Positions 19,800 to 31,439 are shown, numbered from the stretch's first letter. The stretch is 64,000 nt of DNA from Methanothrix sp. (GCA_963682135.1 OY821645.1:672001-736000); one strand, 5' to 3'. Numbers and translations are program-made. The notes: a model not told the origin generated them from the letters alone.

Positions 19800-21554
19800 C
19801 TAGAACCCCTCCTGGCCCAGGATATCCTTTCTGCCTTGAGCATAGATCTTCTCCAAATGGCAGGATTGGTCAACATCACACCACTCCAGCTCCAGAATTT
19901 CGCTTAAAGTGGCTCCAGCCGGAACCATAGGCGAGACCTTCTCAGCTGGGCTTACGATGAAATCCATGACCACCGGCCTATCTGTTGCCATTGCGGCGCG
20001 AATTACCGGCTCAACTTCGGAAGGCTTGGTGGCCCGCAGGCCCACCGCCCCGTAAGCCTCGGCCAGCTTCACGAAATCAGGGCTTGTGCGTCCCAGAATG
20101 GTAGCCGAGTATCTCTTCTCAAAGAACAGCTCCTGCCACTGCCGAACCATTCCCAGGCAGCCGTTATTTAGCACAGCGACCTTCACAGGAATCTCATTGA
20201 CGACCGCCGTCGCCAGCTCCTGGCTGTTCATGAGGAAGCTTCCATCTCCTGCCACGTCGATGACATCGCACTCCGGCCGGCCCATCTTGGCCCCGATGGC
20301 AGCGGGAAAGCCGTATCCCATGGTGCCGAGGCCCCCCGAGGATATGAACTTTTGCGGGTCCTTATGCACAAAGAACTGCGCTGCCCACATCTGGTTTTGC
20401 CCTACCTCAGTGGTGATAATGGCATCAGGCGCGACTTCGCACAGCTTCTCAATCACATATTGCGGCTTGATGATATTCATATCAGGAATGTAGCGCAGAG
20501 GATAGTCCTTCTTCCAGCCTTCCGTCCTCTCATTCCAAAGGCTTCTGCCTTTGGGGCTGACCTCTTTTAAGAGTCCTTGCAAGGCATTTTTTGCGTCCCC
20601 AACAACTGGAATATCCACCCGTACATTCTTGCCCACCTCAGCCGGATCGACATCGATATGAACGATCTTAGCCCGCGGCGCAAAGCTTGCGATCTTGCCT
20701 GTAACGCGATCATCGAATCTTGCGCCGATAGCTAAAATGAGATCAGACTCCTGAATGGCGTAGTTGGCATACTTTGTGCCGTGCATTCCCAGCATGCCCA
20801 GAGAGAGTTGATGATCCTCAGGAAAACAGCCCACGCCCATCAGAGTAGTAGTAACCGGAGCGTTGATCTTGACTGCCAGCTCTATGAGCTCGCAGTGCGC
20901 ATTGGCATACTTTACTCCGCCGCCCACGTAAATAACGGGCCTTTCCGCCTCCATCAGCGCTTTGGCTGCTTTCTTGATCTGCATCTCATGCGCTTTAAAG
21001 GAAGGGCGATAGCCGGACAGCTCCACCTCCGGCCAGGTAAACTCGACCTCATCCACAGTCACATCTCTGGGCAGATCGATCAGCACAGGTCCGGGGCGGC
21101 CTGTACGAGCGATGTAGAATGCCTCCCGGAAGACGCGCGTGATCTCCTTGGCGCTTCGCAGCAAGTAATTGTGCTTGGTAATGGGCAGAGTGATCCCGGT
21201 TATATCCGCTTCCTGAAAAGCGTCCTTTCCAATTAGCCAGGTGTTCACCTGGCCGGTGATGGCCACCATGGGCACGGAGTCCATGTAGGCATTGGCAATA
21301 CCGGTTACCAGGTTGGTAGCCCCGGGACCGGAGGTGGCAATGCACACTCCTACCTTTCCCGTGGCTCGGGCATATCCATCCGCCATATGCGCAGCACCTT
21401 GCTCATGGCGCACCAGAATATGATGAATATCGGACTGGTAGATGGCGTCGTAAAGAGGCAGCAATACTCCGCCGGGAAGCCCGAATACTACATCTACTCC
21501 CTCTCTCTTCAAGCTCTCCAGTACTGCCTGAGCACCCGTCATCTTTTGAGACAT
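19800..21554 (-). CDS. ilvB: Acetolactate synthase large subunit
   Basis: [35 protein letters not shown]. Confidence 0.97.
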   Translation of the reverse strand: MSQKMTGAQAVLESLKREGVDVVFGLPGGVLLPLYDAIYQSDIHHILVRHEQGAAHMADGYARATGKVGVCIATSGPGATNLVTGIANAYMDSVPMVAITGQVNTWLIGKDAFQEADITGITLPITKHNYLLRSAKEITRVFREAFYIARTGRPGPVLIDLPRDVTVDEVEFTWPEVELSGYRPSFKAHEMQIKKAAKALMEAERPVIYVGGGVKYANAHCELIELAVKINAPVTTTLMGVGCFPEDHQLSLGMLGMHGTKYANYAIQESDLILAIGARFDDRVTGKIASFAPRAKIVHIDVDPAEVGKNVRVDIPVVGDAKNALQGLLKEVSPKGRSLWNERTEGWKKDYPLRYIPDMNIIKPQYVIEKLCEVAPDAIITTEVGQNQMWAAQFFVHKDPQKFISSGGLGTMGYGFPAAIGAKMGRPECDVIDVAGDGSFLMNSQELATAVVNEIPVKVAVLNNGCLGMVRQWQELFFEKRYSATILGRTSPDFVKLAEAYGAVGLRATKPSEVEPVIRAAMATDRPVVMDFIVSPAEKVSPMVPAGATLSEILELEWCDVDQSCHLEKIYAQGRKDILGQEGF

Positions 21555-23062
21555 TTGGCTTTGTCCTCCTCTTCCAGTCGCATCAGCCGGTTGATGCCAT
21601 CCAGCACCGCTTCGACCGATGCCATGATTATGTCAGTGCCGGCTCCTCGAGCCGTTATCTTCCTGTCTGCCATTGCCATCGTCACCCATACTTCTACAAG
21701 TGCATTCGTTCCGCCTGTTATGGCGTCTACATGATACTCTTCCAGCCGCACATCCGCCACATCTGACATGGCTCTCCTTATGGCATTTATGGCCGCATCC
21801 ACCGGCCCGACTCCGGTTCCCGCCTCAAGCTTAATAGCTCCGTTAAGCTGTATCTTCACCGAGGCGGTAGGCGTCACCGTATTGCCGGCCACCACTGTCA
21901 CCTCTTGCAGCTTCACCTTCGGCTCCATCTGGATGGAGAGAACGGTGTCGGCTATGGACTGCAAATCAGCATCAGAGACACGTTTGCCTTTGTCGCCCAG
22001 CTCCTTTACCCTTTCAACTATCGAAGCCAATTGTTGCTCGGAAACCTGGAGTCCGAACTCGCGCAAGGCCAGTTCGACTGAGGCCCGACCGGCGTGCTTG
22101 CCAAGAACTATGCGCCTCTTTCTGCCCACAGTCTCCGGATGTATCGGCTCATAGGTCCTGGTATCGGCCAGGAGCCCGTGCACGTGAATGCCCGCTTCAT
22201 GCGTAAAAGCATTCTCGCCGACAATTGATTTGTTAGGGGCCATGGGAAGACCGGTCATTCGCGAAACCAGCCGAGATAGCTGGTATATGTCCTGGCATTT
22301 GATCCCGGTGTCGATTTTGTAGAGGGATTCCAGAGTCATGACCACCTCTTCCAGGCTGGCATTGCCGGCTCGCTCGCCTATACCGTTCACGGTCACGTGC
22401 GCCTGGGCTGCTCCGGCGCGAAGGGCCGCTACGGTGTTGGCGGTAGCCATGCCGAAGTCATTGTGGCAGTGGACACTGATCGGCGCTCCCAATTGAGACA
22501 ACCGGGAAAATATTTCCCCTGTCATCTCGGGGACCAGCACCCCTACTGTATCACAAAAAGCCAGCCGATCGGCTCCTGCCTCGATTCCCGCCATGTAAAG
22601 GCTGCTCAGATAATCCAGATCGGCCCGGCTGGCATCCTCACCGGAGAGCTCTACAATGAGGCCGTGATCTTTGGCATATTCTGTCACCTGCACAGCCCTA
22701 TTTATTACCGATTTTCGGTCGGATTTCAGCTTGCACGCTATGTGAAGATCAGATACCGGTACCACAAGATGGACGGAATCTACATCGCATGCCAATGCCG
22801 TGTCAATATCAGCGGTCACCGCTCGAACGTAGCTGCATATCTCCGCCTTGAGGCCAAAATCAGCAATTGCTTTTATCGATAGGCGTTCACCTTCTGAGGT
22901 CATGGCTGAGCCCGCTTCAATCACATCCACGCCCAGAGAATCGAGCCCCTGGGCGATGGCGAGCTTCTCATTCATGCCGAGTGATACACCTGGCGTCTGT
23001 TCACCATCACGTAATGTAGTGTCTAGAAAACGTATTTTACCAAATAAATCGATCCCACGCAT
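21539..23062 (-). CDS. cimA: (R)-citramalate synthase (LeuA/CimA family)
   Basis: [25 protein letters not shown] and a C-terminal regulatory domain. The cimA-ilvB-ilvN-ilvC order is as in Methanosarcinales; LeuA cannot be excluded. Confidence 0.75.
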   Translation of the reverse strand: MRGIDLFGKIRFLDTTLRDGEQTPGVSLGMNEKLAIAQGLDSLGVDVIEAGSAMTSEGERLSIKAIADFGLKAEICSYVRAVTADIDTALACDVDSVHLVVPVSDLHIACKLKSDRKSVINRAVQVTEYAKDHGLIVELSGEDASRADLDYLSSLYMAGIEAGADRLAFCDTVGVLVPEMTGEIFSRLSQLGAPISVHCHNDFGMATANTVAALRAGAAQAHVTVNGIGERAGNASLEEVVMTLESLYKIDTGIKCQDIYQLSRLVSRMTGLPMAPNKSIVGENAFTHEAGIHVHGLLADTRTYEPIHPETVGRKRRIVLGKHAGRASVELALREFGLQVSEQQLASIVERVKELGDKGKRVSDADLQSIADTVLSIQMEPKVKLQEVTVVAGNTVTPTASVKIQLNGAIKLEAGTGVGPVDAAINAIRRAMSDVADVRLEEYHVDAITGGTNALVEVWVTMAMADRKITARGAGTDIIMASVEAVLDGINRLMRLEEEDKAKCLKR

Positions 23063-23238
23063 TCATGCTCAATCACCCTTCAGCCCCTCGGGCCGTTCTA
23101 ACACGGACATCTTTAATGATTGATAAAGCTAACGAGGGACTGGCATGAGAATGGTATTTCGTTGAATGACGTTCCAAGGGGAAGCTTTAAACCGTTGCAA
23201 TTAAATCGTCCCTCTAGAATGGTGGAGGTTTAGGATAG

Positions 23239-24411
23239 ATGAAGTGCAAATCATTGTATCTTTCTATAGCTGTGCTCTTGTGCCTTATGACAATGCCCTT
23301 TTTGCTCAGCAATACGGCATTTGCAGGAGTAGGATGCGGCAGTAATTGGATGGGCGATACAACTGGGGATACAGACTTTTATGTGAGCAAAAACCAAAAC
23401 CAAGGTATCTCCGGCACATCATCGGCTGCACAATCTTCAAAGCCCGCTGTGACCCTTGGAGAGGTAGCCAAAATTAACAAGAATGCTACGATTCAGAGCA
23501 TAAATCCGGACAAGCCCAGTCCCCAAAGCCCCGGGTCCGTCGTTGTCTGGAAGGTTGAGGCATCCAACTCCGATAATGAAAAAATGCTCTACAATTTTCG
23601 GCTTATGGGACCCGCGACCGGCGGGCAGCTTAAAGATGAGACCGGCTGGATAGCCGAGAATTCCTGGACCTGGAACACTGCAGACGCAGATGCCGGGGAA
23701 AATCAAATTGAGGTACAGGTAAAGCGTTCCGGATCTGCCGGATTTGAGGACAGCAAGGTAAATAGCTACGTCATTGCATCATCGGCAGTTTCAGTTGCTG
23801 CATCATCCGGCACTTCATCAACCTCTGCTTCCAGTACAACATCCTCCGTAGGGGAGGGTCATCCTGAATCAAAAACGGGTGAGCCCATTTCTAGCAGGCC
23901 CAGAGTTGCGCCTGATGAGATGACGCGAGCAGTTTCAACAACAAGCGGGCCCAACATGCAAATGCCCGATACACAACCCAAACCTCTGAATACTCCCACC
24001 ACCACACAGGGGGTAGCAGAAACGGCTGGGATTGGGACTGAGCAGACGCAGGTCCAACCTCAGGATCCTGAGTTTATGGAAGTGGAGGGCAAGTGGACAG
24101 TAAAGCTGGAAAATGATGGCGCTACCCTAAACCCTCTCACAATCATCCAAACAGGAGGAAGTGTCATGGGCATGGGCACTCTCAATGAGAAGAACACCAA
24201 GCTTCAGGTCAGCTCCAAAGGTTCTGTTTCCAATAACGCCATGAGTCTTGATGTATGGACAATAGTCTCCGAATATGGAAATAAGATAGATAAGCGCATA
24301 AGTCTCGAGCTTGTCAAGGTAGATAGAGCAATATCCGGAAGCTATGAAATGTACTCGGGCGAAGATCTGATCAGCAAAGGGAATGCCACCGCCACCAGAT
24401 TTGCATCTTGA
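23239..24411 (+). CDS. Secreted protein (Ig-like segment, S/T-rich linker, C-terminal beta domain)
   Basis: Signal peptide ending AFA; Ser/Thr linker; C-terminal domain paralogous to the next gene. Confidence 0.75.
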   Translation: MKCKSLYLSIAVLLCLMTMPFLLSNTAFAGVGCGSNWMGDTTGDTDFYVSKNQNQGISGTSSAAQSSKPAVTLGEVAKINKNATIQSINPDKPSPQSPGSVVVWKVEASNSDNEKMLYNFRLMGPATGGQLKDETGWIAENSWTWNTADADAGENQIEVQVKRSGSAGFEDSKVNSYVIASSAVSVAASSGTSSTSASSTTSSVGEGHPESKTGEPISSRPRVAPDEMTRAVSTTSGPNMQMPDTQPKPLNTPTTTQGVAETAGIGTEQTQVQPQDPEFMEVEGKWTVKLENDGATLNPLTIIQTGGSVMGMGTLNEKNTKLQVSSKGSVSNNAMSLDVWTIVSEYGNKIDKRISLELVKVDRAISGSYEMYSGEDLISKGNATATRFAS

Positions 24412-24438
24412 ATTATCTTATCAGAAGGAGGACCAGAA

Positions 24439-25029
24439 TTGAAGAGCCAGTTAATTGTATGCATGGTATTGATCTTAGCCTTGCTTGCCAGTCCAGCCTA
24501 TGCAGGCTGCGGAAAATGGGTAATTCGAGATAATACCGATTTTCTGAAAGATCCTATCTTCGATGATGCAGTTGCGTCCTCCACCGGGAGCAGTGCCACT
24601 GTAAATCCCGACGGCACGGCTAAAGCGAAGAACGAGACTGCTGAGAATAGCGAAAAAGCGGTAACTAACAACGTTGTCGCCGAAAAAAAGGCACCCACCA
24701 TCGACCTGGCAGGAAAGTGGAAGGTTTTGCTGGAAAAGAGTCCAGAGAAGGATGCGGGAAAAGCCATTAATCTGATATTGATACAGACCGGTGACCGGCT
24801 GCAGGGTTATGGCACACTTCTCGAAGGTGGAGCAGATACTCCGGCCACTGCCACCGGTTCCATATCCGATGAGGGCATAAGCCTGGACGTAAAATTGGTC
24901 CAGCAGCAGAAGGATTACAAGCTGGATATGGCCCTGGTTAGAAGCAATCTGGAAGGCAGCTACGAGCTGTACGAGATGGAGGCGCTGGCGGAAAACGGCA
25001 ATGCTACAGCCAGTCGATCCAATTCCTGA
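24439..25029 (+). CDS. Secreted protein, paralogue of the upstream C-terminal domain
   Basis: Signal peptide ending AYA; shared GKW.V.LE, IQTG, GSYE.Y, GNATA.R; GGAGGA RBS before the TTG. Confidence 0.75.
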   Translation: MKSQLIVCMVLILALLASPAYAGCGKWVIRDNTDFLKDPIFDDAVASSTGSSATVNPDGTAKAKNETAENSEKAVTNNVVAEKKAPTIDLAGKWKVLLEKSPEKDAGKAINLILIQTGDRLQGYGTLLEGGADTPATATGSISDEGISLDVKLVQQQKDYKLDMALVRSNLEGSYELYEMEALAENGNATASRSNS

Positions 25030-25032
25030 GCA

Positions 25033-25515
25033 TTATTTATGATATGGCTCGCCACGCATTATGCGAAAGCTTCGATAGATTTGCTCTAGAAGAATTACCC
25101 TCATCATCTGATGGGGGAAGGTCATTATAGAAAAAGAGAGAAGAAGATCCGCCCTCTGCGTAACTTCCGCTGCCAGTCCCAGGGGGCCGCCGATCACAAA
25201 GGCCGCCTGCGTTTTCCCTTCAAGGATCATCTTGTGCAGCTCTGCTGCCATCCCGGGCGAGTCGAGAGCTTTTCCCTTTCTGTCCAGCGCGATGATCGGT
25301 CCGCTGTGCCGCTTCAGCTTATCGAGAATGGCCAGTGCCTCCTCCTGCATGGCTTTCTTCTCCTCAGCAGGTGATGCGGCCTCTTTGATATGCGCTTCCG
25401 GCACTTCCACCGCCTCCAGACGGGCATAAGGACGAAGGCGGCGGGCGAAATCTGCAGCCGCATCCTGCCAGTACTTCTCCCGCAGGCGCCCCACAGCGAT
25501 GATGCGAATGATCAG
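25033..25515 (-). CDS. rlmH: 23S rRNA (pseudouridine1915-N3)-methyltransferase
   Basis: IIAVGRLREKYW, ALDRKGK, FVIGGPLGL, TFPHQMMRVILLEQIYRS..GEPYHK. The conserved N-terminus extends back to a CTG at 25515. Confidence 0.9.
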   Translation of the reverse strand: MIIRIIAVGRLREKYWQDAAADFARRLRPYARLEAVEVPEAHIKEAASPAEEKKAMQEEALAILDKLKRHSGPIIALDRKGKALDSPGMAAELHKMILEGKTQAAFVIGGPLGLAAEVTQRADLLLSFSIMTFPHQMMRVILLEQIYRSFRIMRGEPYHK

Positions 25516-25799
25516 CTTCTCGCCTCCACATGCTTCAGGTAGAATTGACCGGTGGGCGAGACAATCCAGCCGCCTTCCGCCCGCTCGATCACCAGAGCCT
25601 TTTCCAGCATTTGCAGGTGATACTTTGCCAGGGACAGGCCAAGATCAAGATCCCTGGCGATCTGATCGCTGCTCTTCAATCCGGCGGCTATGAGGACCAG
25701 CATCTTTCGGCGCAGCGGGAGCTGCAATACTTCCAGGGCGAAGCGATGATCTTCAGCGCTCTCCCACCACTTAGCCTCATTTTTCTTGTCAGAAGGCAT
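25512..25799 (-). CDS. ArsR-like winged-helix protein
   Basis: LQLPLRRKML..IARDL..YHLQMLEKALVIE. Confidence 0.75.
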   Translation of the reverse strand: MPSDKKNEAKWWESAEDHRFALEVLQLPLRRKMLVLIAAGLKSSDQIARDLDLGLSLAKYHLQMLEKALVIERAEGGWIVSPTGQFYLKHVEARS

Positions 25800-25863
25800 G
25801 TTTTATCCTTTCTATGATTATTGAAAATTGCATATAAAAAACGATGAAAAAAGAGCAATAGAC

Positions 25864-26349
25864 CTAATCTTTCTTCTCACCTTGAATCTCGCAAGCTTCG
25901 CTTCCGATCTCGCAGACCCGGCAGACCTCCCGTTCGCTATCCAGATGACGGGTGGCTGTGGCCAGCACACTGGCAGAGGCCAGGTTTCCTGCCAGAAATA
26001 CGGCGGCTGCAATCTGATCATCCGGAATGCCCAGATTGGAGGCGATGCGAATGTGCAGTTTCAGGCAGTGGCTGCATCTCATGGCTGCCGACACGGCAAC
26101 CGAGATCAGCTCGATGGTCTTGGCATCAAGAGTTGAGCTTCTTTGGATGGCATTGTTGTGCAGCACCTTGGTGATGAGAATCTCGGGATTATCCTGCATG
26201 AACTGAAAAACGTAGGGTACCTCGCCGTAAGTTCTCTCTACCGCTTTTAGGATATCCTCGGCTGCTTTCTCCTTCCCCTTGACCAATATGGCGTCCAGAT
26301 CATCTTCGAAGCTCATGACCACTCCTTTTTCCCCGGGCTTAGAAGACAA
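25864..26349 (-). CDS. Carboxymuconolactone decarboxylase/AhpD-family protein
   Basis: LDAKTIELISVAVSAAMRCSHCLKLH; the start may be the MSFEDD ATG near 26316. Confidence 0.85.
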   Translation of the reverse strand: MSSKPGEKGVVMSFEDDLDAILVKGKEKAAEDILKAVERTYGEVPYVFQFMQDNPEILITKVLHNNAIQRSSTLDAKTIELISVAVSAAMRCSHCLKLHIRIASNLGIPDDQIAAAVFLAGNLASASVLATATRHLDSEREVCRVCEIGSEACEIQGEKKD

Positions 26350-27262
26350 ACCCGGTTTCAGAAGCGGACAGTATTCTCACAAGTATATAATCTTTCATCC
26401 GCGACGGCTTGATGGTAGCAATTTCGCCAAGCTTCACACCTTCGTCGAAGGTCACATCTCTTACTGCATCCTTGTAAGAATCGAAGGGCAGCTTCACTCG
26501 CACACCCGTCAGATTCAGGGCGATGGGAAGCGGTGAATAGGAGAACTCTATATCAGGCACCTGTTCACGCACGGCATCCATGACTCGAGGCGGCGATGTG
26601 GTGAGCGGATCCTTGGCAATAGCAGCCCTGGTCTTATCCAGAGCTCTGCCTACCGCATCGACAATCCTGTCTAAAGATCCAATCTCCGTGGCTTTTCTGG
26701 CCCGGTGAGCCACCCGTCCGACTGAAGAGACATACTCAAAGGCATAGGGCAGATCTTTAGCCTCGATCTCCGGCCCACCCGTAACCACCACCGGGATGCT
26801 GATGTTGCGGTAAAGGCTCTCTTTCTTCGTGATGCACTCCCGGAAGTTGCCGAAGATGAATACGGCAGCATCATGCTCATTTATGAGAGCGGTTTCATAC
26901 TCAGTGATCTGGGCGATCTCGCGACCGACGCCTCTGGCCAGTCCTAGCATGTTGGTCTTTGAGCCATGACGGCGCAGGTACTCGGCAATGTCGCAAGCGG
27001 AATGAGGCAGGTGATGAATGGCCAACGTGGGCGTTACCACAGCCACCTCAGTTCCGGCCAGTGGCGCTCGCACCAATTCACCCCTCAAATCCTTGGCGAG
27101 TTGCTGCAGCGCAGCCAAATCTTCAGAGGGGACCAATATCAGAAGGATGATCTCAGTCTGCGTCACATTCTTTTGCAGAATGTAGCCACCCAGATCCTCG
27201 ACAAGCTCTACGACCAGATCGTGCTTGTACAATCCTCCCGTGAACATCACAGGCTCAAGCAT
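26339..27262 (-). CDS. mmp7: Methanogenesis marker protein 7
   Basis: FTGGLYKHD..VEDLGG, PLAGTEVAVV, HHLPHSACDIAEYLRR; cluster position. Confidence 0.85.
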   Translation of the reverse strand: MLEPVMFTGGLYKHDLVVELVEDLGGYILQKNVTQTEIILLILVPSEDLAALQQLAKDLRGELVRAPLAGTEVAVVTPTLAIHHLPHSACDIAEYLRRHGSKTNMLGLARGVGREIAQITEYETALINEHDAAVFIFGNFRECITKKESLYRNISIPVVVTGGPEIEAKDLPYAFEYVSSVGRVAHRARKATEIGSLDRIVDAVGRALDKTRAAIAKDPLTTSPPRVMDAVREQVPDIEFSYSPLPIALNLTGVRVKLPFDSYKDAVRDVTFDEGVKLGEIATIKPSRMKDYILVRILSASETGFVF

Positions 27263-27827
27263 TTTCCATCTCCCGGATCTTTGCTTTGATCTCAGATACC
27301 ATTTCCGGAGTTAAACTCTCCTCAGCAGCAATGAAAAGAAAGCTGTCTTTAGTCATTATGTTGCGCCGATTGCGAAAGCCTTCCGGTGCCACTCTCACCA
27401 GAGCATCAGTCAGATCCTGCAGGAACTCTGCCTCCAGGTCAGCAACCATCAGCTCGGAAGGCGAGGTATCCGAAGCTATGATCACAATGTCCCTTGCCGG
27501 TTGCTCTACTCTCTCTCTTCCGTAGTGATCCCACAGAACCCGGAGCAGATCCGCCATATGCTCCTCATCATTGATCTTGATCTGATAGCCCCCGGAAACT
27601 CGCAGCACATCGCCCACATTCTTGACAGTCAGCGGCGGAATTCCGGAGCGAAGAAGCCCGTATACCGCGAAGTACGGCTTAAGTATGTCCACATAAACAT
27701 AAAGCCTGCCGATGGACCGGATGAGGCCGAGGTCCTGCAAAATGTCCATGATGAGTTCGCGGTATTTCCGGGCTGCGAACTCCTCCTGGCCTGTGACCTC
27801 AATCTTGAAGACCTCCATTGGGTCCAT
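27255..27827 (-). CDS. mmp17: Methanogenesis marker protein 17
   Basis: RVAPEGFR motif, size, and position between mmp15 and mmp7. Confidence 0.75.
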   Translation of the reverse strand: MDPMEVFKIEVTGQEEFAARKYRELIMDILQDLGLIRSIGRLYVYVDILKPYFAVYGLLRSGIPPLTVKNVGDVLRVSGGYQIKINDEEHMADLLRVLWDHYGRERVEQPARDIVIIASDTSPSELMVADLEAEFLQDLTDALVRVAPEGFRNRRNIMTKDSFLFIAAEESLTPEMVSEIKAKIREMENA

Positions 27828-27828
27828 C

Positions 27829-29055
27829 TCAGTCCTCCAGCAATCCCGAAACGAGCAGCGCAGCGCCTACCGCCCCTATGTATTGGGCATACTTGGGAAC
27901 CGTCACTTTAACATGGAGAAGCTCTTGCATGGCTTTGGGCAGCCCTTCTATGAGAGAGGTTCCGCCTACCATGATCACCGGCTCCTTAACCTCCACTTCC
28001 TGAAGCTGCTGCTCATAGACCTGCTCAGCCACAGAATGGCAGGCAGCCATAGCCACGTCTTCCGGTTTGCAGCCCAGGGCAAGGCTGTTGACCAGGCTTT
28101 GCGTGCCGAAGACTATGCAGTAGCTGTTCATGGCCACATTTTTATAGTCACCCTTAAGTGCCAGCTTTCCCAGCTCCGTTATATCGACACCAAGCCGCTT
28201 AGCGGTCAGCTCCAGGAACCTTCCTGAGGCTCCGGCGCATATTCCGCCCATGGTAAAGCCGCCCGGAATGCCGTCCTGCACGGATATGGCTTTATTGTCC
28301 ATTCCGCCGATATCGATGACTGTTGCCGGACCCTTTTGGGCATCAGCCAAAAATACAGCGCCCTTGGAATTGACGGTGATCTCCTCCTGGACAAGCTTGG
28401 CATTGATGTGTTTGCCTACCAAAAAGCGCCCGTAGCCGGTCACACCAATGGCGGCGAGATCTTCTTTCGCTACGTTCGCCATTTTTAGGGCACCTTGCAG
28501 CGCATCCTCAGCGCTCTTCAAGACCTCGTTGGTGGGAACCCAGCCGGTGCCTATCACAACATTGTCCCGCATCACCACCGACTTGGTGGTGGTGGACCCG
28601 GAGTCGATTCCCGCAGTAAGTCCCTTTTGTTTCTCGCGGGCCAGGAGACCCCGGAACTTGACGGTGGTAACCAATGCTTCCATCCTGGTGAGGAGCGTCT
28701 CCGCCGTCGTCCTCTCTGTGAATGAGTAGCTTAAGACAGGAATCTTGGAGTGCTCATGAATATATTTTCTGATCTCCGATCGAATGATGGCAGCCTCAGC
28801 GCAGCGAAAGCAGGTCATGACAATTACAGCATCGGCAAGATCGGGATTTTGCACAATGCGAACCGCACGAGCCATGGCTAAGTTGAGGTCGCCCGAGGAG
28901 ACAGAAACGCCAAACGTGTTCTCCACGTTGAGGATATCTTCCAATGATACCTCAGGATAGATGATCTTTGCCCCTACGGTTTGCGCAGCGCGCTCAATTT
29001 CTTGCTGAATGCCGCTGTACTCTGAACCGCAGGATAGCTGAGCAATGCGGATCAT
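27829..29055 (-). CDS. mmp15: Methanogenesis marker protein 15 (CoA-activase/ASKHA ATPase)
   Basis: [45 protein letters not shown]. Confidence 0.9.
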   Translation of the reverse strand: MIRIAQLSCGSEYSGIQQEIERAAQTVGAKIIYPEVSLEDILNVENTFGVSVSSGDLNLAMARAVRIVQNPDLADAVIVMTCFRCAEAAIIRSEIRKYIHEHSKIPVLSYSFTERTTAETLLTRMEALVTTVKFRGLLAREKQKGLTAGIDSGSTTTKSVVMRDNVVIGTGWVPTNEVLKSAEDALQGALKMANVAKEDLAAIGVTGYGRFLVGKHINAKLVQEEITVNSKGAVFLADAQKGPATVIDIGGMDNKAISVQDGIPGGFTMGGICAGASGRFLELTAKRLGVDITELGKLALKGDYKNVAMNSYCIVFGTQSLVNSLALGCKPEDVAMAACHSVAEQVYEQQLQEVEVKEPVIMVGGTSLIEGLPKAMQELLHVKVTVPKYAQYIGAVGAALLVSGLLED

Positions 29056-29489
29056 TTTAGGCCTCCCAAAAAGGCTTTGATCTTTTGCACAAATACGATA
29101 GCATCCGGATCATTTGTGGGATAAGATAAGTCGAGCACAGGAACTCCTTTGGTCCTGATGAGCAGCCTCACCAGCTCATTGGTTCTTGAGCAGCCCGCAC
29201 AGCCCGTCAGCCATCCCGGATCTTCTACTATGATGGCAGCCTCGGCCTCTTCTATGATCGGTCCGATGAGGGCCATCCGGCCTCGAACCCCGGAAGGGAC
29301 ATCTACCGCCGCATAACGCAGTCCCTTCTTGGGCTCCTCGGGGGTGACATTCAAAGGTGGCGAATCAATCTCATTTGCCGTGACGAGCCTCCGAACGGCC
29401 TCTGGAACCACAAGCGCCTTGTGGCCCATCCTCTCCACAAGGTCGGAGAGTATCATGCTGGTGGGAGGATAAACTATAACTTTTGCCAT
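29052..29489 (-). CDS. mmp5: Methanogenesis marker protein 5
   Basis: [45 protein letters not shown]. Confidence 0.9.
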   Translation of the reverse strand: MAKVIVYPPTSMILSDLVERMGHKALVVPEAVRRLVTANEIDSPPLNVTPEEPKKGLRYAAVDVPSGVRGRMALIGPIIEEAEAAIIVEDPGWLTGCAGCSRTNELVRLLIRTKGVPVLDLSYPTNDPDAIVFVQKIKAFLGGLK

Positions 29490-29504
29490 TGATTTACCTC
29501 AGGA

Positions 29505-29918
29505 TTAACCCTCTTTTATTATCTCTTCCAGCCTCTTGATGGCAAGAGGTTTCTTCTTTTCAGGAATGGCCGGGACTTCGCCCTCATAGGACAATGCCTT
29601 GGAGATCATAGGCAGCATCTTGGACTCGGACTCGATCATATAAAAGCCCGGCCTCGCTCCTCCACCTCTGCGACCTCGGCAGCGCCTGGGATCGCCTGGC
29701 GGAAAACCCCGGTCTTTTATGAATATGCCGGCAGGGTCAAGGGCCCTTATCTCTTTTATGAGCGCATTTATTACATCTTCTTCGCCGTTTATGACGACGC
29801 CAAAGCAGGTCTCCTTGACGGTAACTTCGTATTTCGAACCGTAAATCTTCATGGCGATATCTGAGGGAAGGATATTCGACTCAGAGGATGTTATCACATA
29901 TTTTGTGACTAACATCAT
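29505..29918 (-). CDS. mmp6: Methanogenesis marker protein 6
   Basis: VKETCFG, KDRGFPPGDPRRCR..GG.RPGF. Confidence 0.9.
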   Translation of the reverse strand: MMLVTKYVITSSESNILPSDIAMKIYGSKYEVTVKETCFGVVINGEEDVINALIKEIRALDPAGIFIKDRGFPPGDPRRCRGRRGGGARPGFYMIESESKMLPMISKALSYEGEVPAIPEKKKPLAIKRLEEIIKEG

Positions 29919-31438
29919 CTCACCTCCTTGATGTAAATCGTCTCCCCTTCCGAGACATCTCTTAGCTTCTCCGGTTCCAGTACTCGGCCAATGACGTTCG
30001 TCGCCTCAAACTTCTCGCCGGACGGGCCATATCGTTTATCATCCACGAGCTTCATTCCCACCAGGCCTATCTTCTTGGATACCTGGTTGGAGACGGCTAT
30101 AGAACCGGCAGGTACAGGGCCGGTAGGCTTATTTTCCGGTAGCAGTTCTTTTAAGGTGACAGCATCAATTTCCGGCTTGAAGAGCAGAGTATTCTCATAG
30201 ACAAAATAGACGGGCAAGGGGCCCACAGGTCGCTCCTTAAGGCCTGTGACGTGCCGGAAATAGTCCAGGGTCTTGGGTGCCAGATCATCATAAAGCTGAA
30301 CCGAGACCAAACGGGAGGCGGGGATAGAAACGATGCGCACTTTTTTGTGCTTTAAGATCGACATTGTCTCCCCAGGTTCCTGCTTCACAACTACTGCATC
30401 CTCACCTTCGTATCCTTCCACCTCGGTCTCGATCTCTCTTTTTTGCATCTCTTCCAAGGCATCTTTGAGGCTGCTGCCCATGAGCATGATACGCTTCGGC
30501 GAGACCTCGACCGTTATCAACTGGCCTGGGCCTGCCAGCTTTATCATGTCCATTCCGGATGTGATTCTTGCCACGGCAGAGTGGCCTGGATTCGAGGTTC
30601 GATCCTGTTTGTAGATGAATATCCTACCCAAACCTCGTCCGCTCGTTCTTACCGTCACCACTCCTTCCAGACGAGGCTCGCGGTGCTCGAAGATTATGGG
30701 GACGGTGAGCAACTGATCAGATGAAACATATGAACTGGAGACCGAATCAACCTTGATGGTTCCGTTTCTGGTCAGGGCCAGGAAGAATTCCGCCCCAATC
30801 GGTGCATCTTCGATCAGCTCAGCCCTAACTTCGGTGAAGATCTCTATTCCCTCTTCCATAGGCAAAGCCAGATCGGTTGTGGCCTGTTTTGAGGTTATAT
30901 CCTGCCATTCTACAATGGGCTCTATGCTCAATATTTCGTCGCCTGATTGCAGCCGATCGAGGGTATTTTTGCCGCCTACAATGTGGCCGAGCACACCCCC
31001 GCTCTTTGGTGTGCCGTAAGCTGCCGTATGCCTTCTCCTTATGAAAATGACCTGAGTATTTTCTCGGTCAAATCCGGCTGCACCGAGCACTACCTCCCAT
31101 CGGTTATATTCCTGGGCATCATGTTCAAAAGAGATGGTTGAGGCAAACGGCCCGAAGGCCACGCCATCAACTGAAGCCCATCTTACTGTTGATCTGGATA
31201 TCTTTTCTATGTTTTCGTGCCAGATCCTTTGCAGGTCGTTATCAATCAACTCTATTCTCAGTTTGCCCTTGGTGGTGTTAAGCCAATAGGAATTGGTCTG
31301 GAGACTCTTCTCACCGCGACCTTTGACAATTCCTATTATTGCGCCATTCGCAGGATGGGCGCTGGCTTTGCCCAGGGCATCGGATAGTAGCGCCCCAGGC
31401 AATAGCTCGATCTCTCTGCCATCAACGAAGACTCTCAA
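29915..31438 (-). CDS. mmp3: Methanogenesis marker protein 3 (cyclophilin-like)
   Basis: AFGPF, YFRHVTGLK, PENKP, YGPSGEKFEATNVIGRV. Confidence 0.9.
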   Translation of the reverse strand: MRVFVDGREIELLPGALLSDALGKASAHPANGAIIGIVKGRGEKSLQTNSYWLNTTKGKLRIELIDNDLQRIWHENIEKISRSTVRWASVDGVAFGPFASTISFEHDAQEYNRWEVVLGAAGFDRENTQVIFIRRRHTAAYGTPKSGGVLGHIVGGKNTLDRLQSGDEILSIEPIVEWQDITSKQATTDLALPMEEGIEIFTEVRAELIEDAPIGAEFFLALTRNGTIKVDSVSSSYVSSDQLLTVPIIFEHREPRLEGVVTVRTSGRGLGRIFIYKQDRTSNPGHSAVARITSGMDMIKLAGPGQLITVEVSPKRIMLMGSSLKDALEEMQKREIETEVEGYEGEDAVVVKQEPGETMSILKHKKVRIVSIPASRLVSVQLYDDLAPKTLDYFRHVTGLKERPVGPLPVYFVYENTLLFKPEIDAVTLKELLPENKPTGPVPAGSIAVSNQVSKKIGLVGMKLVDDKRYGPSGEKFEATNVIGRVLEPEKLRDVSEGETIYIKEVR

Positions 31439-31439
31439 A

